Of a DNA stretch of 60,001 bases, positions 10,112-22,371 are shown one piece after another (within the stretch, counting starts at the first letter, position 1; every line of letters starts with the position of its first letter). This DNA is from an uncultured bacterium (GTDB lineage Bacteria > SAR324 > NAC60-12): positions 1 to 60,001 of the forward strand of contig CBFIJD010000001.1 in assembly GCA_965662845.1 (NCBI GenBank). Direction: 5' to 3'. A program made the position numbers and the translations under genes. The notes beneath the pieces were generated by a model. That model saw only the letters and a list, made by a program, of their open reading frames with translations, was not told the origin of the DNA and did not search any database.

Positions 10112-11115
10112 GCTGTCTCCATCCACGCTGGCGCAGGCAAATTCTTAGACTTGAGAAAGGCAGGGTTGAACAATTTTGACTGATAGCGCATGCCCGAGTC
10201 ACACAGAATGGTAACGATCGTTTTGCCTGGTCCGAGGTGCTGGGCCAGTCGGATCGCGCCGGCCACATTCAGAGCGGCGGAACCACCCAAGCACAGAGCT
10301 TCTTCTTTCAGCAAATCAAAACAAATCGGCAGCGCCTCTGCGTCAGGAATTTGAAAAGACGCATCGACTTTCAGGCCCTCTAAATTTGCGGTGATGCGCC
10401 CCTGACCAATACCTTCAGTAATTGAGGAGCCCTCTGACTTCAACTCGCCTGTTGTGTAGTACGAATGGAGCGCCGCCCCGAGAGGATCTGCCAAGCCGAT
10501 CACGATGTCCGGCTTGCGCTCGCGGAGCGCCATCGCAGTCCCCGCCAGTGTGCCACCGGTTCCAACGGCGCAGATGAAGCCGTCAATCGTTCCGTTCGTC
10601 TGCTCCCAAATTTCTGGGCCAGTTGTGCGATAGTGACCGTCGCGATTGGCTTGATTGTCGAACTGATTGGCCCAGATCGCGCCGTTGGCTTCTTGTTGTG
10701 CCGCTTCTTCAGCGAGGCGCCGAGACTGGTGGATGTAGTTCTCAGGGTTTTTGTAGGGCACTGCGGGGACTTCTTTGACCGTCGCGCCGCAGAGGCGCAG
10801 GGTGTCTTTCTTCTCTTGACTTTGTGTTTCAGGGATCACGATCAACGTGCGATAGCCACGAGCATTCCCGACGAGCGCCAGCCCAATCCCCGTGTTCCCT
10901 GCCGTGCCTTCGACAATCAGACCACCGCGCTGAAGAGCCCCTCGCCTCTCGGCGTCTTCAATGATCGCCTTTGCCGCGCGGTCTTTGACCGAGCCGCCTG
11001 GGTTGAGAAACTCAGCTTTGCCAAGAATCGTACAGCCCGTCAGTTCAGAGGCTCTGCGCAGCTTAATCAGCGGCGTGTTGCCAATAGCATCCACAAAATT
11101 TTCTCGGACGTTCAT
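10108..11115 (-). CDS. cysK: Cysteine synthase (PLP-dependent O-acetylserine sulfhydrylase family)
   Basis: IGNTPL, NPGGSVKDR, EGTAGNTGIG, GTGGT, EGIG. Confidence 0.92.
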   Translation of the reverse strand: MNVRENFVDAIGNTPLIKLRRASELTGCTILGKAEFLNPGGSVKDRAAKAIIEDAERRGALQRGGLIVEGTAGNTGIGLALVGNARGYRTLIVIPETQSQEKKDTLRLCGATVKEVPAVPYKNPENYIHQSRRLAEEAAQQEANGAIWANQFDNQANRDGHYRTTGPEIWEQTNGTIDGFICAVGTGGTLAGTAMALRERKPDIVIGLADPLGAALHSYYTTGELKSEGSSITEGIGQGRITANLEGLKVDASFQIPDAEALPICFDLLKEEALCLGGSAALNVAGAIRLAQHLGPGKTIVTILCDSGMRYQSKLFNPAFLKSKNLPAPAWMETA

Positions 11116-11141
11116 GTTGGTCTCCTTTCACTCCATTTTCG

Positions 11142-11513
11142 TTACCGTGCGCGGTAGCAGGCACGAGCAATGACCGTCATCCACGCTACGACGATCAGCA
11201 ATCCGCCAATCTCTCGGCCTAACTCGACCGACTCTGTCTTCATTGCGATTGATCCCCAGAACGCGCCCCACGCAAACTCCGAATCGTCCTCTGCGAAGGC
11301 AACACTCAGCGTTAGGCTCCACAAAATGCTCAGGGTCGCCCAGCCTGCTGGGAGTCGCCACGGGAGCGGCCGCAGCGCAAACCAGAGCGAAAAGGCCGCC
11401 GCTCCACTGTAGATCAGCATCCAGCGCAACGGGTCAGCGTCGTTCCATTGCACTGCCGCGCTCAACAGGAACACCGCGGTCATCACGCACGAACCGCGCT
11501 GTAGGGCGTTCAT
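11142..11513 (-). CDS. TMEM220-like small membrane protein
   Basis: QWNDADPLRWMLIY and E..RE.GGL motifs, four hydrophobic segments; ATGA overlap with the upstream ABC ATPase. Confidence 0.7.
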   Translation of the reverse strand: MNALQRGSCVMTAVFLLSAAVQWNDADPLRWMLIYSGAAAFSLWFALRPLPWRLPAGWATLSILWSLTLSVAFAEDDSEFAWGAFWGSIAMKTESVELGREIGGLLIVVAWMTVIARACYRAR

Positions 11514-12187
11514 GCGGCTTCTTCTAGGAGCTGCCCTTGCTGCAACACAACCTGTCGTTGACACCGCGCCGCAAGCTCTCGGTTGTGCGTCACCATCACG
11601 AGCGTCATTTGGTTCTGTGCGACCAAATCAAACAGGAGCTGTGCGACCTGCTCACCGGTCTCCGTGTCTAGGTTGCCGGTGGGTTCGTCTGCTAACAAGA
11701 TCGCCGGCTCCACGACAATCGCTCGCGCAATCGCGACCCGCTGGCACTCACCGCCGCTGAGCTGATAGGGGAAGTGCGTCTCACGATGATCGAGCCGCAC
11801 CTGCTTGAGCGCTGCGCGCGCGCGGACCTCGTGCCCGGGACGTTGAAAGAGCTCCAGCGGGAGGCTGACGTTTTCTTGGGCGGTGAGGTGCGACATCAAG
11901 TGAAACTGCTGAAAGATGATGCCAATGTTCTCCGCACGGAAACGGGTGAGGTCTTCTTCGCTCATAGTGCTCAAGTCGTGTCCTCGCACACGCAGGGAAC
12001 CAGAGGTGGCTTGATCTAACCCTGCCAACAGTGACAGCAGCGTAGACTTGCCGCTGCCTGATTGCCCAAGAATGGCGACGGTTTCGCCCTGTTTGACCTG
12101 TAACTGTAAGCCTCGTAACACTTCCACGGTGTCACGTCCGTTCGGATGAGGAAAGGATTGCGTGACGTTCTCAATCTCCAGAATCAT
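11510..12187 (-). CDS. ABC transporter ATP-binding protein (LolD/YbbA-like)
   Basis: GQSGSGKST, LSGGECQRVAIARA, LADEPTGNLD, VTHN. Confidence 0.93.
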   Translation of the reverse strand: MILEIENVTQSFPHPNGRDTVEVLRGLQLQVKQGETVAILGQSGSGKSTLLSLLAGLDQATSGSLRVRGHDLSTMSEEDLTRFRAENIGIIFQQFHLMSHLTAQENVSLPLELFQRPGHEVRARAALKQVRLDHRETHFPYQLSGGECQRVAIARAIVVEPAILLADEPTGNLDTETGEQVAQLLFDLVAQNQMTLVMVTHNRELAARCQRQVVLQQGQLLEEAA

Positions 12188-12214
12188 AAAGCTCCGTTCG
12201 GGTGAGAAGGTCGT

Positions 12215-14704
12215 TTAGCGCAGGCGGGCGCCGAAGGCTTGCTCCATCTCGCGCACGATGTTTTGTCGAATTTTAGCGACGTCTTTGTCTTTGAGCGTCC
12301 GATCCATCGCTTGGAAAGTCAGCGCGTAGGCCAAACTCACCGATCCAGCCTCGACTTGATCGCCCTGATAAACGTCGAACAGCTGTACTGAGCGCAACAG
12401 CGGCTGCCCCACCCGCAAGATGGCCTCTTGCAGCTCTCCCGCTTTGACTCCTTGCGGAACCACAAACGCGAGATCTTCGTAAATCGGCGTGAACGCCGAA
12501 AGGTCTGCAATGCGGAAGTGAGGATTCCACAGCTTCAGCAACACTTCCATATCCAGCTCGGCGATGCAAAAGCGCTGATCGGGCAGCTGAAATTCCATCG
12601 CGACCGCTGGGTGCAGCTCTCCGACGTAGCCGATGCTTTGTCCATCAACCAAGACGTTCGCGCTGCGCCCTGGATGATAGGGCAGGTCTGTCGCTCGCTC
12701 CCATTGAACGAGCCCCACGACGTGTAGACGTTCCAAGAGAGCCTCCACGACTCCCTTGATGTTAAAGAAGTCCACCGTCTCGACCTCTTTGCGTTCGGGG
12801 TGCCACGAGGCGTCGACCACGGGGCCGGTCATCAAGACCGCGAGTCGCAACCGCTCGTCCGGCAGCTCCTCTGTGGGATTCGGTATAAAAATCCGTGAAA
12901 TCTCAAAAATGTGCACACGCTTCAGAAAACGCAGGTTGCTATGTGCCGTGTGCAGCAGATGGGTCACCAGTGTTTGTCTGAGGTGGCTGCGCTCTTGAGA
13001 GAGCGGATTGAGCAACCCAAGATATCCTGAAAGATTGGGGTTCTGCTCTAATCGGAGCTTGCCTTCCTCCGAAGGGTTGGTGAGCGAGTACGTGATGACT
13101 TCATTCAACCCCAAGCTCACCATCAGGTGGCGAATGTGCTCTGTCCCTTCAAAGCGGGGGTTGGCTTCCTGCTTGGGCATCACATCGTCAATCGCGCTCG
13201 GCGTCAGGTTCTGGTAGCCATAAATGCGGATCAGCTCCTCCACCAAGTCGGCTGGGATGTTGACGTCCATGCGGTGCGTTGGGACGGTCACCTGATATTT
13301 TCCGTCGAACGCCACCTCAAACTCAAGAGCCCGCAAGATGCGTAGAATCTCATCCTGTGGAATTTCGATCCCTAACAGGCGTCGAATGTCGTTGGGATCA
13401 AGCTCAATCACGCGTTGTGTTGGCTGGCGTGGGTACAAGTCTCCGATCACAGGCTCGACGGTGCCACCGCTCAACTCTGCGATCAATGTCGCGGCGCGCC
13501 AACCAGCCAGCAGCGTTAGCTCAGGGTCTATCCGTTTGCCAAAGCGTTCTGCCGCTTCAGTGCGGAGTTTCAGGATTTGTGCTGTCCGTCGGTTGTTGAG
13601 GAATTCAAAGTTCGCGGCTTCCAACAAAATGTCCTTGGTTTGATCAGAGACCTCCGTGTCGCCTCCTCCCATTACCCCCGCGATAGCAATGGGCCCGCCT
13701 TCGTCAGTAATCAGCAGCATCTGCGGATCCAGATCACGCTCCACCTCATCCAGCGTTGTGAGCTTCTCGCCGGCTTTCGCTCGTCGAACACAAATCAGCG
13801 GTTGTTCTTGCTGGCTACGTTTACACAGGGCTTCGTAGTCAAAGGCATGGAGCGGCTGTCCCAGCTCCAGCATCACGTAGTTGGTAATATCGACGATGTT
13901 GTTGATCGGACGCATTCCACACTGCAACAGGCGCTGTTGCATCCAAAAGGGCGAAGGCTTCACCTCGACATCCCGAATGCGAAAGGCCGTGTAGCGGGCG
14001 CACAAATCAGGATCCGCAATCTGTAGGCGCAAAAACGGCGCTTGCTCAACGATTTCTTGCGTTTGCGATGGCAGGGACAGCAAGTCCTTGCGCAGTGCGC
14101 TGCCATAAATAGCCGAGGTTTCGCGCGCGATGCCCAAGATGCAGAGCAAGTGGCTGAACCCCCCTTTGATGTCAAAGTGCAGCACGGTGTCACCAAGATA
14201 CTCGCGCAGCGGCCGCCCGACGGGAGCATCCTCTGGCAAAATCAGGACGCCCTCATGCTCTTCGCTCAGCCCAAGCTCCAAGGCGGAACACGCCATTCCT
14301 AGCGACTCAACTCCCCGAATTTTGGTCGGTTTCAGTTGCTTGAGTTTACGCTCGGCCCCATAAGCGTCGATGACTTCGGCGCCGACAAGCGCTAACGGCA
14401 CCTTAGGCGCTGGCTGTGGCAGCTGATCTTTCATCGCAAAGATGTTGGGAGCGCCCGTCACTACGGTGAGTTCCTCGGTCGGCCCATATTTTAATTTTGC
14501 CAAACAGAGCGAGTCCGCGTCTGGATGCGAGGTCACCTCAATGATTTGAGCGATGCGGACCGTCTCGTCGTTCCAGAACGCACCAATACGGTCTGTGCCG
14601 TCCACTTCAAGTCCGGCGATCGTCAGGGTTTCGGCTAATTCTTCTGGGGAGACGGTGAGTTCAACAAAGTCGCTAAGCCAGCGGAGAGGAGTTTTGAGAG
14701 CCAT
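12215..14704 (-). CDS. pheT: Phenylalanine--tRNA ligase beta subunit
   Basis: HPDADSL OB fold, RPINNIVDITNYVMLELGQPLHAFD, AGVMGG, DLVEELIRIYGY, C-terminal FDVYQG/RTL anticodon-binding domain. Confidence 0.96.
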   Translation of the reverse strand: MALKTPLRWLSDFVELTVSPEELAETLTIAGLEVDGTDRIGAFWNDETVRIAQIIEVTSHPDADSLCLAKLKYGPTEELTVVTGAPNIFAMKDQLPQPAPKVPLALVGAEVIDAYGAERKLKQLKPTKIRGVESLGMACSALELGLSEEHEGVLILPEDAPVGRPLREYLGDTVLHFDIKGGFSHLLCILGIARETSAIYGSALRKDLLSLPSQTQEIVEQAPFLRLQIADPDLCARYTAFRIRDVEVKPSPFWMQQRLLQCGMRPINNIVDITNYVMLELGQPLHAFDYEALCKRSQQEQPLICVRRAKAGEKLTTLDEVERDLDPQMLLITDEGGPIAIAGVMGGGDTEVSDQTKDILLEAANFEFLNNRRTAQILKLRTEAAERFGKRIDPELTLLAGWRAATLIAELSGGTVEPVIGDLYPRQPTQRVIELDPNDIRRLLGIEIPQDEILRILRALEFEVAFDGKYQVTVPTHRMDVNIPADLVEELIRIYGYQNLTPSAIDDVMPKQEANPRFEGTEHIRHLMVSLGLNEVITYSLTNPSEEGKLRLEQNPNLSGYLGLLNPLSQERSHLRQTLVTHLLHTAHSNLRFLKRVHIFEISRIFIPNPTEELPDERLRLAVLMTGPVVDASWHPERKEVETVDFFNIKGVVEALLERLHVVGLVQWERATDLPYHPGRSANVLVDGQSIGYVGELHPAVAMEFQLPDQRFCIAELDMEVLLKLWNPHFRIADLSAFTPIYEDLAFVVPQGVKAGELQEAILRVGQPLLRSVQLFDVYQGDQVEAGSVSLAYALTFQAMDRTLKDKDVAKIRQNIVREMEQAFGARLR

Positions 14705-14771
14705 GGCAGGGAAGATATTGGTTAAATTCAGATAATCAGGGTTACACTCATTTTTCAGGAAACTTGAAAAA

Positions 14772-15557
14772 TCAGCTTGTGCTCGGAACGGGAGATTTTT
14801 GCAGTTCTTGGTAAAGCTGTTGAAACTCTTGGGACATTTTGTGGCGCGGGTCTAAATAAACGAGAGGGGCGCACTGTTGGTGAGACTCCCGAATCTTCAC
14901 AGAGGCAGAGAGATAGGTCTTCAACACGGGCATGCCTTCTGCCAACAAAGAATCAACGAGCTGTCGTGGGAGCTTTGCGCGCGGTTGGAATTGGTTGACG
15001 ATGATGCCTTCCACCAGCAGCGCGGGGTTGTGATCATTGTGAATTTCTAGCACGTGCTTGAGCAGGGAATAGAGCGCGTGCTGGGAGAACGTGTCGCAGT
15101 CGAAGGGGATCAGGCAGGTCTGCGCCGCGATCAGCGCCGAGCGAGTATAGAAGTTCATCGCAGGGGGCGTATCGATATAAATTTCGTCATACTCCTGCAA
15201 TGCTTCGAGCGACTCGCGCAATTTGAACATTTTATAGCGTGACTCGAGCTTGGCCTGTAATTCTTCCAGATCAGGGTGCGCGGGCAGGATGTCGAGGTTG
15301 GCGAACGGCGTCGCGTGCACAAAGGGGCGAGTTCCGTCTTCTCGGGTGGAAAAGTGCAACCAATCGTTGAAACAGTCGTAGGCCGTCGGGGACACCTCAG
15401 AGGCTAACTTTCCCAACAAGTAGTGCGTGGAATTTCCCTGCGGATCGAGGTCGAGGAGCAGAACGCGCTTACCTGAGTAAGCGCCGAGCGCCGCGAGGTT
15501 ACAGGCGATGGTAGACTTCCCGACTCCGCCCTTTTGATTGAAGATCACACGCCGCAT
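14772..15557 (-). CDS. Orphan ParA-family ATPase
   Basis: NQKGGVGKST, DLDPQGNST, IDTPP; no parB adjacent. Confidence 0.9.
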   Translation of the reverse strand: MRRVIFNQKGGVGKSTIACNLAALGAYSGKRVLLLDLDPQGNSTHYLLGKLASEVSPTAYDCFNDWLHFSTREDGTRPFVHATPFANLDILPAHPDLEELQAKLESRYKMFKLRESLEALQEYDEIYIDTPPAMNFYTRSALIAAQTCLIPFDCDTFSQHALYSLLKHVLEIHNDHNPALLVEGIIVNQFQPRAKLPRQLVDSLLAEGMPVLKTYLSASVKIRESHQQCAPLVYLDPRHKMSQEFQQLYQELQKSPVPSTS

Positions 15558-15575
15558 GAGAGCTTTTGGTAGTGG

Positions 15576-16751
15576 TTAGCGGTAGTACTCGCGCACATCC
15601 ATAGGGTTTTGATCGGGCAGCGGGAGCGGCAACCGAGTGTTCAACGCCTGCTGCACCACGCTGGCCCCTTGCTGCAACAAGCGCTCGACCGGGCGCTTTT
15701 CTTCGACCGTGCGAATTTCAATCACGTCCTTGTCTTCCTGCATCTTCTGATACAAATAGTCATCACTCGTTTGAATCTGGTCGATCAGTTTCAATTCCAG
15801 CGCCTTCGACGCCAACCAATACTCGCCCGTCGCGACCTCATCAATCGCGAGATCTTTGCGGTTTTCAGCGACGTGCGCCTTGAAGGCATCGTGAATCGCG
15901 CCCAGATCTGCCTGAAATTTTTCTTTACCCTCTTCTGTGACCTCAGAAAATGGCGTGACGGTTCGCTTGTATTTGCCCGCAGTAAACAAGAAGTAGTCCA
16001 CCTCGTTTTTCTGCAGAACACGATGAAAGTTCGGCAACCCTGCGACGACGCCAATCGAGCCAATGAAGGCAAACGGCGCCGCAACAATCTTCTCCGCCGC
16101 GACAGCCATCATGTAGCCACCGCTAGCCGCGATCGTGTCCACACAGACCGTGCACTTCAAACCGGCCTGCTTGAGGCGCAAGAGCTGAGCGCTTGCGTAG
16201 CCGTATTGCGCGACCGCGCCCCCAGGGCTCGTCAGGCGCACCACGATCTCGTCCGACGGCAGCGCCACATGCAGCAAAAAGGAGATCTCTTCCCGCAGCT
16301 GTTCCACGGCGCTCGCCATGATATTTCCGTTGAAGCTCAGCACATAGACGCGGTTGGAATATTCCCCGATCACATCCTCCGTGCTCTTGCCGCTCGACAG
16401 TTGCTCCTTGATTTTTGCTAGAACGCTTTGCGATTCTTCCTTCGACTCTTTGGTCTCGGCTTTGTCTTCCTTCTTTTGCGCCTTTTGCAACAGCTTGCGC
16501 GCTGCTTTAGGCAAAAAGGGGCGCTTGTGCAGCTCGCGATGCAACGCGTCCAAGTCTTTGTCAAACCGCTCGTTCAGGTAGCGAAAGCTGAGATAGGTCG
16601 GTCGATCCCCAAAACTCGCCGAGCGCCTTCGGCGGAAGACGCGCCACAACAAAATCACTCCTGACAGCAGAAAGAACAGGAGACTGACGTGATAAAATGT
16701 AAAGTAGGTCGTGATGAAGTAGTGCAGCGTGGAGGGAGCTTCAGACGTCAT
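15576..16751 (-). CDS. sohB: Protease SohB (peptidase S49)
   Basis: N-terminal TM helix, RLTSPGGAV..YG, AASGGYMMA, GSIGVV, TAGKYKRT, VATGEYW. Confidence 0.92.
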   Translation of the reverse strand: MTSEAPSTLHYFITTYFTFYHVSLLFFLLSGVILLWRVFRRRRSASFGDRPTYLSFRYLNERFDKDLDALHRELHKRPFLPKAARKLLQKAQKKEDKAETKESKEESQSVLAKIKEQLSSGKSTEDVIGEYSNRVYVLSFNGNIMASAVEQLREEISFLLHVALPSDEIVVRLTSPGGAVAQYGYASAQLLRLKQAGLKCTVCVDTIAASGGYMMAVAAEKIVAAPFAFIGSIGVVAGLPNFHRVLQKNEVDYFLFTAGKYKRTVTPFSEVTEEGKEKFQADLGAIHDAFKAHVAENRKDLAIDEVATGEYWLASKALELKLIDQIQTSDDYLYQKMQEDKDVIEIRTVEEKRPVERLLQQGASVVQQALNTRLPLPLPDQNPMDVREYYR

Positions 16752-16818
16752 GAATTTAGCAGTCGGGGGGAGTAGAGACCGCAGACACGCGGTGGAATCA
16801 AAAAGGTAAGCAGGATGA

Positions 16819-19226
<2,408 letters not shown>

Positions 19227-19253
19227 TTTTTGCCTCTCACTCCTGGCGCCTTC

Positions 19254-19583
19254 ATGCCCACTCATGTGTTGCTTCTGTCTGTTGAACCCGCCCAGCTACT
19301 CGGCGTTTTTGCGGGCCCGATCCAACTCTCGCAAGCGTTGCTACATCACCTGCCGAACGAACGCCGCATTACCGGCCTGTCGCTCGGTCTGCTGGACGGC
19401 GAGCTACAACCCACGCAGTCCTCGGCAGGCATTCGACGATTTTTGGACGAGCAGTGGCAGCTCGACCGGCACTTACAAGCGCAGATCCGAGCGAGCTTCG
19501 CCACCGGCGAGCCCCTCCATTACTTTGTGCGCGGACACGAGCTTGTGCCCGAGCCCCTCTTTGCGGCAAAAGTTCGCGGCTGA
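19254..19583 (+). CDS. Hypothetical protein
   Basis: ORF filling the gap between co-oriented genes; no motif recognised. Confidence 0.45.
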   Translation: MPTHVLLLSVEPAQLLGVFAGPIQLSQALLHHLPNERRITGLSLGLLDGELQPTQSSAGIRRFLDEQWQLDRHLQAQIRASFATGEPLHYFVRGHELVPEPLFAAKVRG

Positions 19584-19649
19584 CAGAGGCCGCTCCCATC
19601 ACCCCCTCATTTTTTCACTGCCTGACACGGCGTTCTTCTCAGAGATTTT

Positions 19650-20903
19650 ATGGATATTCGCAACAATCAGCTCCACCTCGGTGGTGTGAGTGTAGACGAC
19701 CTGCGCGCGCAATTTGGCTCCCCGCTCTATGTCTATGAAGCGGAGCGGCTGCGGCGACAATTTCGACAACTCAAAGAGTGTTTTCGGGAGCTGTGGGACG
19801 CGCAACGGCTACAAATTCACTACGCGATGAAGGCGAACTCCAACCCCACACTGTTGCGCATTTTGCGCGCCGAAGGGGCTCACATCGACGCGGTCTCGCC
19901 TTTTGAGATCCGCTTGGCCCGGGCCTGTGGTTACGCGTCCGAGCAGATTTTGTTTACTGGGAACAGCGTCACCCCCGAAGAGGTGGAATACTGCCGCGCC
20001 CATCAGATTGGCTTCAACGTGGGGTCGCTCTATTGGCTGGAAGAATATGGCCGGAAGTTCCCCCAATCAGCGATCTCCTTGCGGATCAATCCCGGCGTGG
20101 GCGCTGGGCATCACGCGCACTGCATCACCGGCGGGCCGCGCTCTAAATTCGGTATCTATCACGACCAACTTGGCGAGATTGGCCGCATCGTTGAACGCTA
20201 TCAGCTGCGCATCGTCGGCATTCAGTCTCACATCGGAACAGGGATTTTCTCCGCAGCCCCCATGCTGACGGCCATGGACATGATCCTCAACGTCGCAGAG
20301 CCGTTCCCAGACCTAGAGTTCATTGACTTCGGGGGCGGCTTTGGCATTCCCTACCGTCCCGACCAACAGGAGATGGACGTCGCGAATTTGGGGCAACAGA
20401 TGACGCAGCGCTTCCACGAGTTCTGTGAAAACTACGGACGCGACCTCACCATGAAGATTGAGCCCGGGCGCTATTTGGTGGGCCAGTGCGGCACGTTGCT
20501 CACCACCGTCACAATGCGCAAACGCACACCGGAATATCAATTCGTGGGCACCGACTCGGGGTTTCACCACCTTGTGCGCCCAACAATGTATGGCGCTTAT
20601 CACAAAATCTGGAACGCCTCGCAGATGGATAGCGAGTTAGAGACCGTCGTGATTGTGGGAAATGTGTGCGAGACCGGAGACTTTTTCAGCGTGGACAACG
20701 GCGACATTCGGCGGGAGCTTCCGCGTGTGAGGGTCGGAGATTGTCTCGCGATTGGGGATGCTGGCGCCTACGGCTACGCGATGAGTTCTCAATACAACTC
20801 GCGCCCACGTCCGGCAGAAGTCTTAGTCCAAGAGGGCGAGGTGCGCCTGATCCGTCGTATGGAGACCTATGAAGATCTGCTGCGGACAGCAGAAGAGCTG
20901 TGA
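19650..20903 (+). CDS. lysA: Diaminopimelate decarboxylase
   Basis: YAMKAN, SKFG, HIGTG, DFGGGFG, EPGRYLV, GNVCETGD, GAYG..MSSQYNSRPRP. Confidence 0.95.
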   Translation: MDIRNNQLHLGGVSVDDLRAQFGSPLYVYEAERLRRQFRQLKECFRELWDAQRLQIHYAMKANSNPTLLRILRAEGAHIDAVSPFEIRLARACGYASEQILFTGNSVTPEEVEYCRAHQIGFNVGSLYWLEEYGRKFPQSAISLRINPGVGAGHHAHCITGGPRSKFGIYHDQLGEIGRIVERYQLRIVGIQSHIGTGIFSAAPMLTAMDMILNVAEPFPDLEFIDFGGGFGIPYRPDQQEMDVANLGQQMTQRFHEFCENYGRDLTMKIEPGRYLVGQCGTLLTTVTMRKRTPEYQFVGTDSGFHHLVRPTMYGAYHKIWNASQMDSELETVVIVGNVCETGDFFSVDNGDIRRELPRVRVGDCLAIGDAGAYGYAMSSQYNSRPRPAEVLVQEGEVRLIRRMETYEDLLRTAEEL

Positions 20904-20929
20904 TTGATCAGAGGAAGGAGCGGAGACAA

Positions 20930-20951
20930 GCCGAGGTCGATCAACCTCGGC
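20930..20951. terminator. Hairpin between convergent lysA and glyA
   Basis: GCCGAGGT-cgatca-ACCTCGGC inverted repeat; no clear U-tract. Confidence 0.45.
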
Positions 20952-20966
20952 GAGCGGTGAGCCCAA

Positions 20967-22262
20967 CTAGCAGAATTGCACGGTAGTAAAGCGCTGCCGC
21001 AGCTGCGCGACTGGGGCCGTGACGTCTTTGTCGTGGGCGATGACATCGCGCATCAGCTCGGCGAGAGCCCCCATCTCATCTTCACGCATGCCACAGCGAG
21101 TCATCTCCTGCACCCCAATGCGCAGACCGGTCGGATTGCGCGGGTCTTGGTCTCCTGGGAGCATGTTGTAGTTGCAGATGATGTTGTTGTTTGCCAGCCG
21201 TCGGGCGATGTCTTTTCCGGGGCCAAAGTTCGACACATTGATCGCCACTTGGTGGCTCTGTGTGAACCCGAACTCTTTCGCTTCCACGGTCACCCCCGCT
21301 TCTGTGAGCGCTTGTCCTAGCGCCTGCGCGTTGCGCACCGTCTGTTCGGCATACGCCGCGCCGTGCTCTTTCATCTCACGAATCGTGACCGCCAGGCCTG
21401 GGATTGTGTGCAGGTGATGGCTGCTGGACGAGCCGGGCATCACGCCTCGGTCAACGCTAGTCCACCACTTCAACTCCGCTTCGGTCGCTAAGTTCCCTAA
21501 AATCACGCCGCGCTGTGGTCCAGGGAAGGTCTTGTGTGTGCTCGCCGTGATGAAGTGAGCGCCCTCTGCGAAGGGATTCTGGAACTTGCCTCCCAAAATC
21601 AAGCCGAGCACGTGTGCGGCGTCATACAGCAGCGGGATGTTCTTCGCGCGGCAGACCTCAGCGACTTCTTTGACCGGCTCAGGGAACAAAAAGAGGCTCT
21701 TGCCTAGGATGACCAAGTTTGGGTTGTTCTGTTCGACGAGATCCACGCATTTGGCCGCGTCCAGATGGTAGCCATCTGCGGTCGTTGGCCAGAAGCCCAT
21801 GTGGATCGAGTTTTCTTTGTTCAGCGCCAGCACTTGGCCCCGCACCTGAATGCGTCGACCAAAAACACCGATTGGGTTGTGGCTGATGTGCCCTCCCGCG
21901 TCGATGGAGTTACAGAGCACGGTGTCACCGCCCCGCAACATCGCCAGCGCCACAGCGGTGTTCGACTGATTTCCACTAATTGGGCGCACATCCGCCTGCC
22001 GACAACCGGCCAATTCGATCATCTCACGCGCCGCCAGCGCCTCGACTTCATCAATGTAGCGGGTGCCTTCATAATAACGATTGTCTGCCTCTGGTGTGTT
22101 TGGATGACCTTCCGCATAGCGCCCCATAAAGTCGCTGCCTTCAATTTCCAGCACAGCTGGGGACTGCACGTTTTCACTCGCAATCAGGTTGATGCACTCC
22201 TGACGACGCCATTGGTTTTGCTGATGTACAATGTCAAAAATGTCGCGGGTATTGACCGTCAT
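20967..22262 (-). CDS. glyA: Serine hydroxymethyltransferase (divergent, archaeal-like)
   Basis: LIASEN, YAEG..RYYEG, GGHISH, YDAAH, STHKTFPGPQRG, GLRIG. Confidence 0.92.
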   Translation of the reverse strand: MTVNTRDIFDIVHQQNQWRRQECINLIASENVQSPAVLEIEGSDFMGRYAEGHPNTPEADNRYYEGTRYIDEVEALAAREMIELAGCRQADVRPISGNQSNTAVALAMLRGGDTVLCNSIDAGGHISHNPIGVFGRRIQVRGQVLALNKENSIHMGFWPTTADGYHLDAAKCVDLVEQNNPNLVILGKSLFLFPEPVKEVAEVCRAKNIPLLYDAAHVLGLILGGKFQNPFAEGAHFITASTHKTFPGPQRGVILGNLATEAELKWWTSVDRGVMPGSSSSHHLHTIPGLAVTIREMKEHGAAYAEQTVRNAQALGQALTEAGVTVEAKEFGFTQSHQVAINVSNFGPGKDIARRLANNNIICNYNMLPGDQDPRNPTGLRIGVQEMTRCGMREDEMGALAELMRDVIAHDKDVTAPVAQLRQRFTTVQFC

Positions 22263-22371
22263 TGTGATTCTCCGATGTGAATTGGTGTTGGAAGCGGGGA
22301 AGTGGGGAGCAGAGGAAGGGAGGAGCGACCGCAGCCGCTCCAGCAGGAGTCTTGCGACTCCGGTGCGCGAA

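Noticed and set aside
14772..15557. ParA as a sign of a plasmid or integrative element
   Set aside because: No parB, rep, integrase or att repeats; flanked by housekeeping genes.
22263..22371. Two hairpins upstream of glyA as a glycine, ZTP or THF riboswitch
   Set aside because: No conserved aptamer motifs; GGAGTC-GCAA-GACTCC and GGAGCGGC/GTCGCTCC look like terminator or stability hairpins after fusA.
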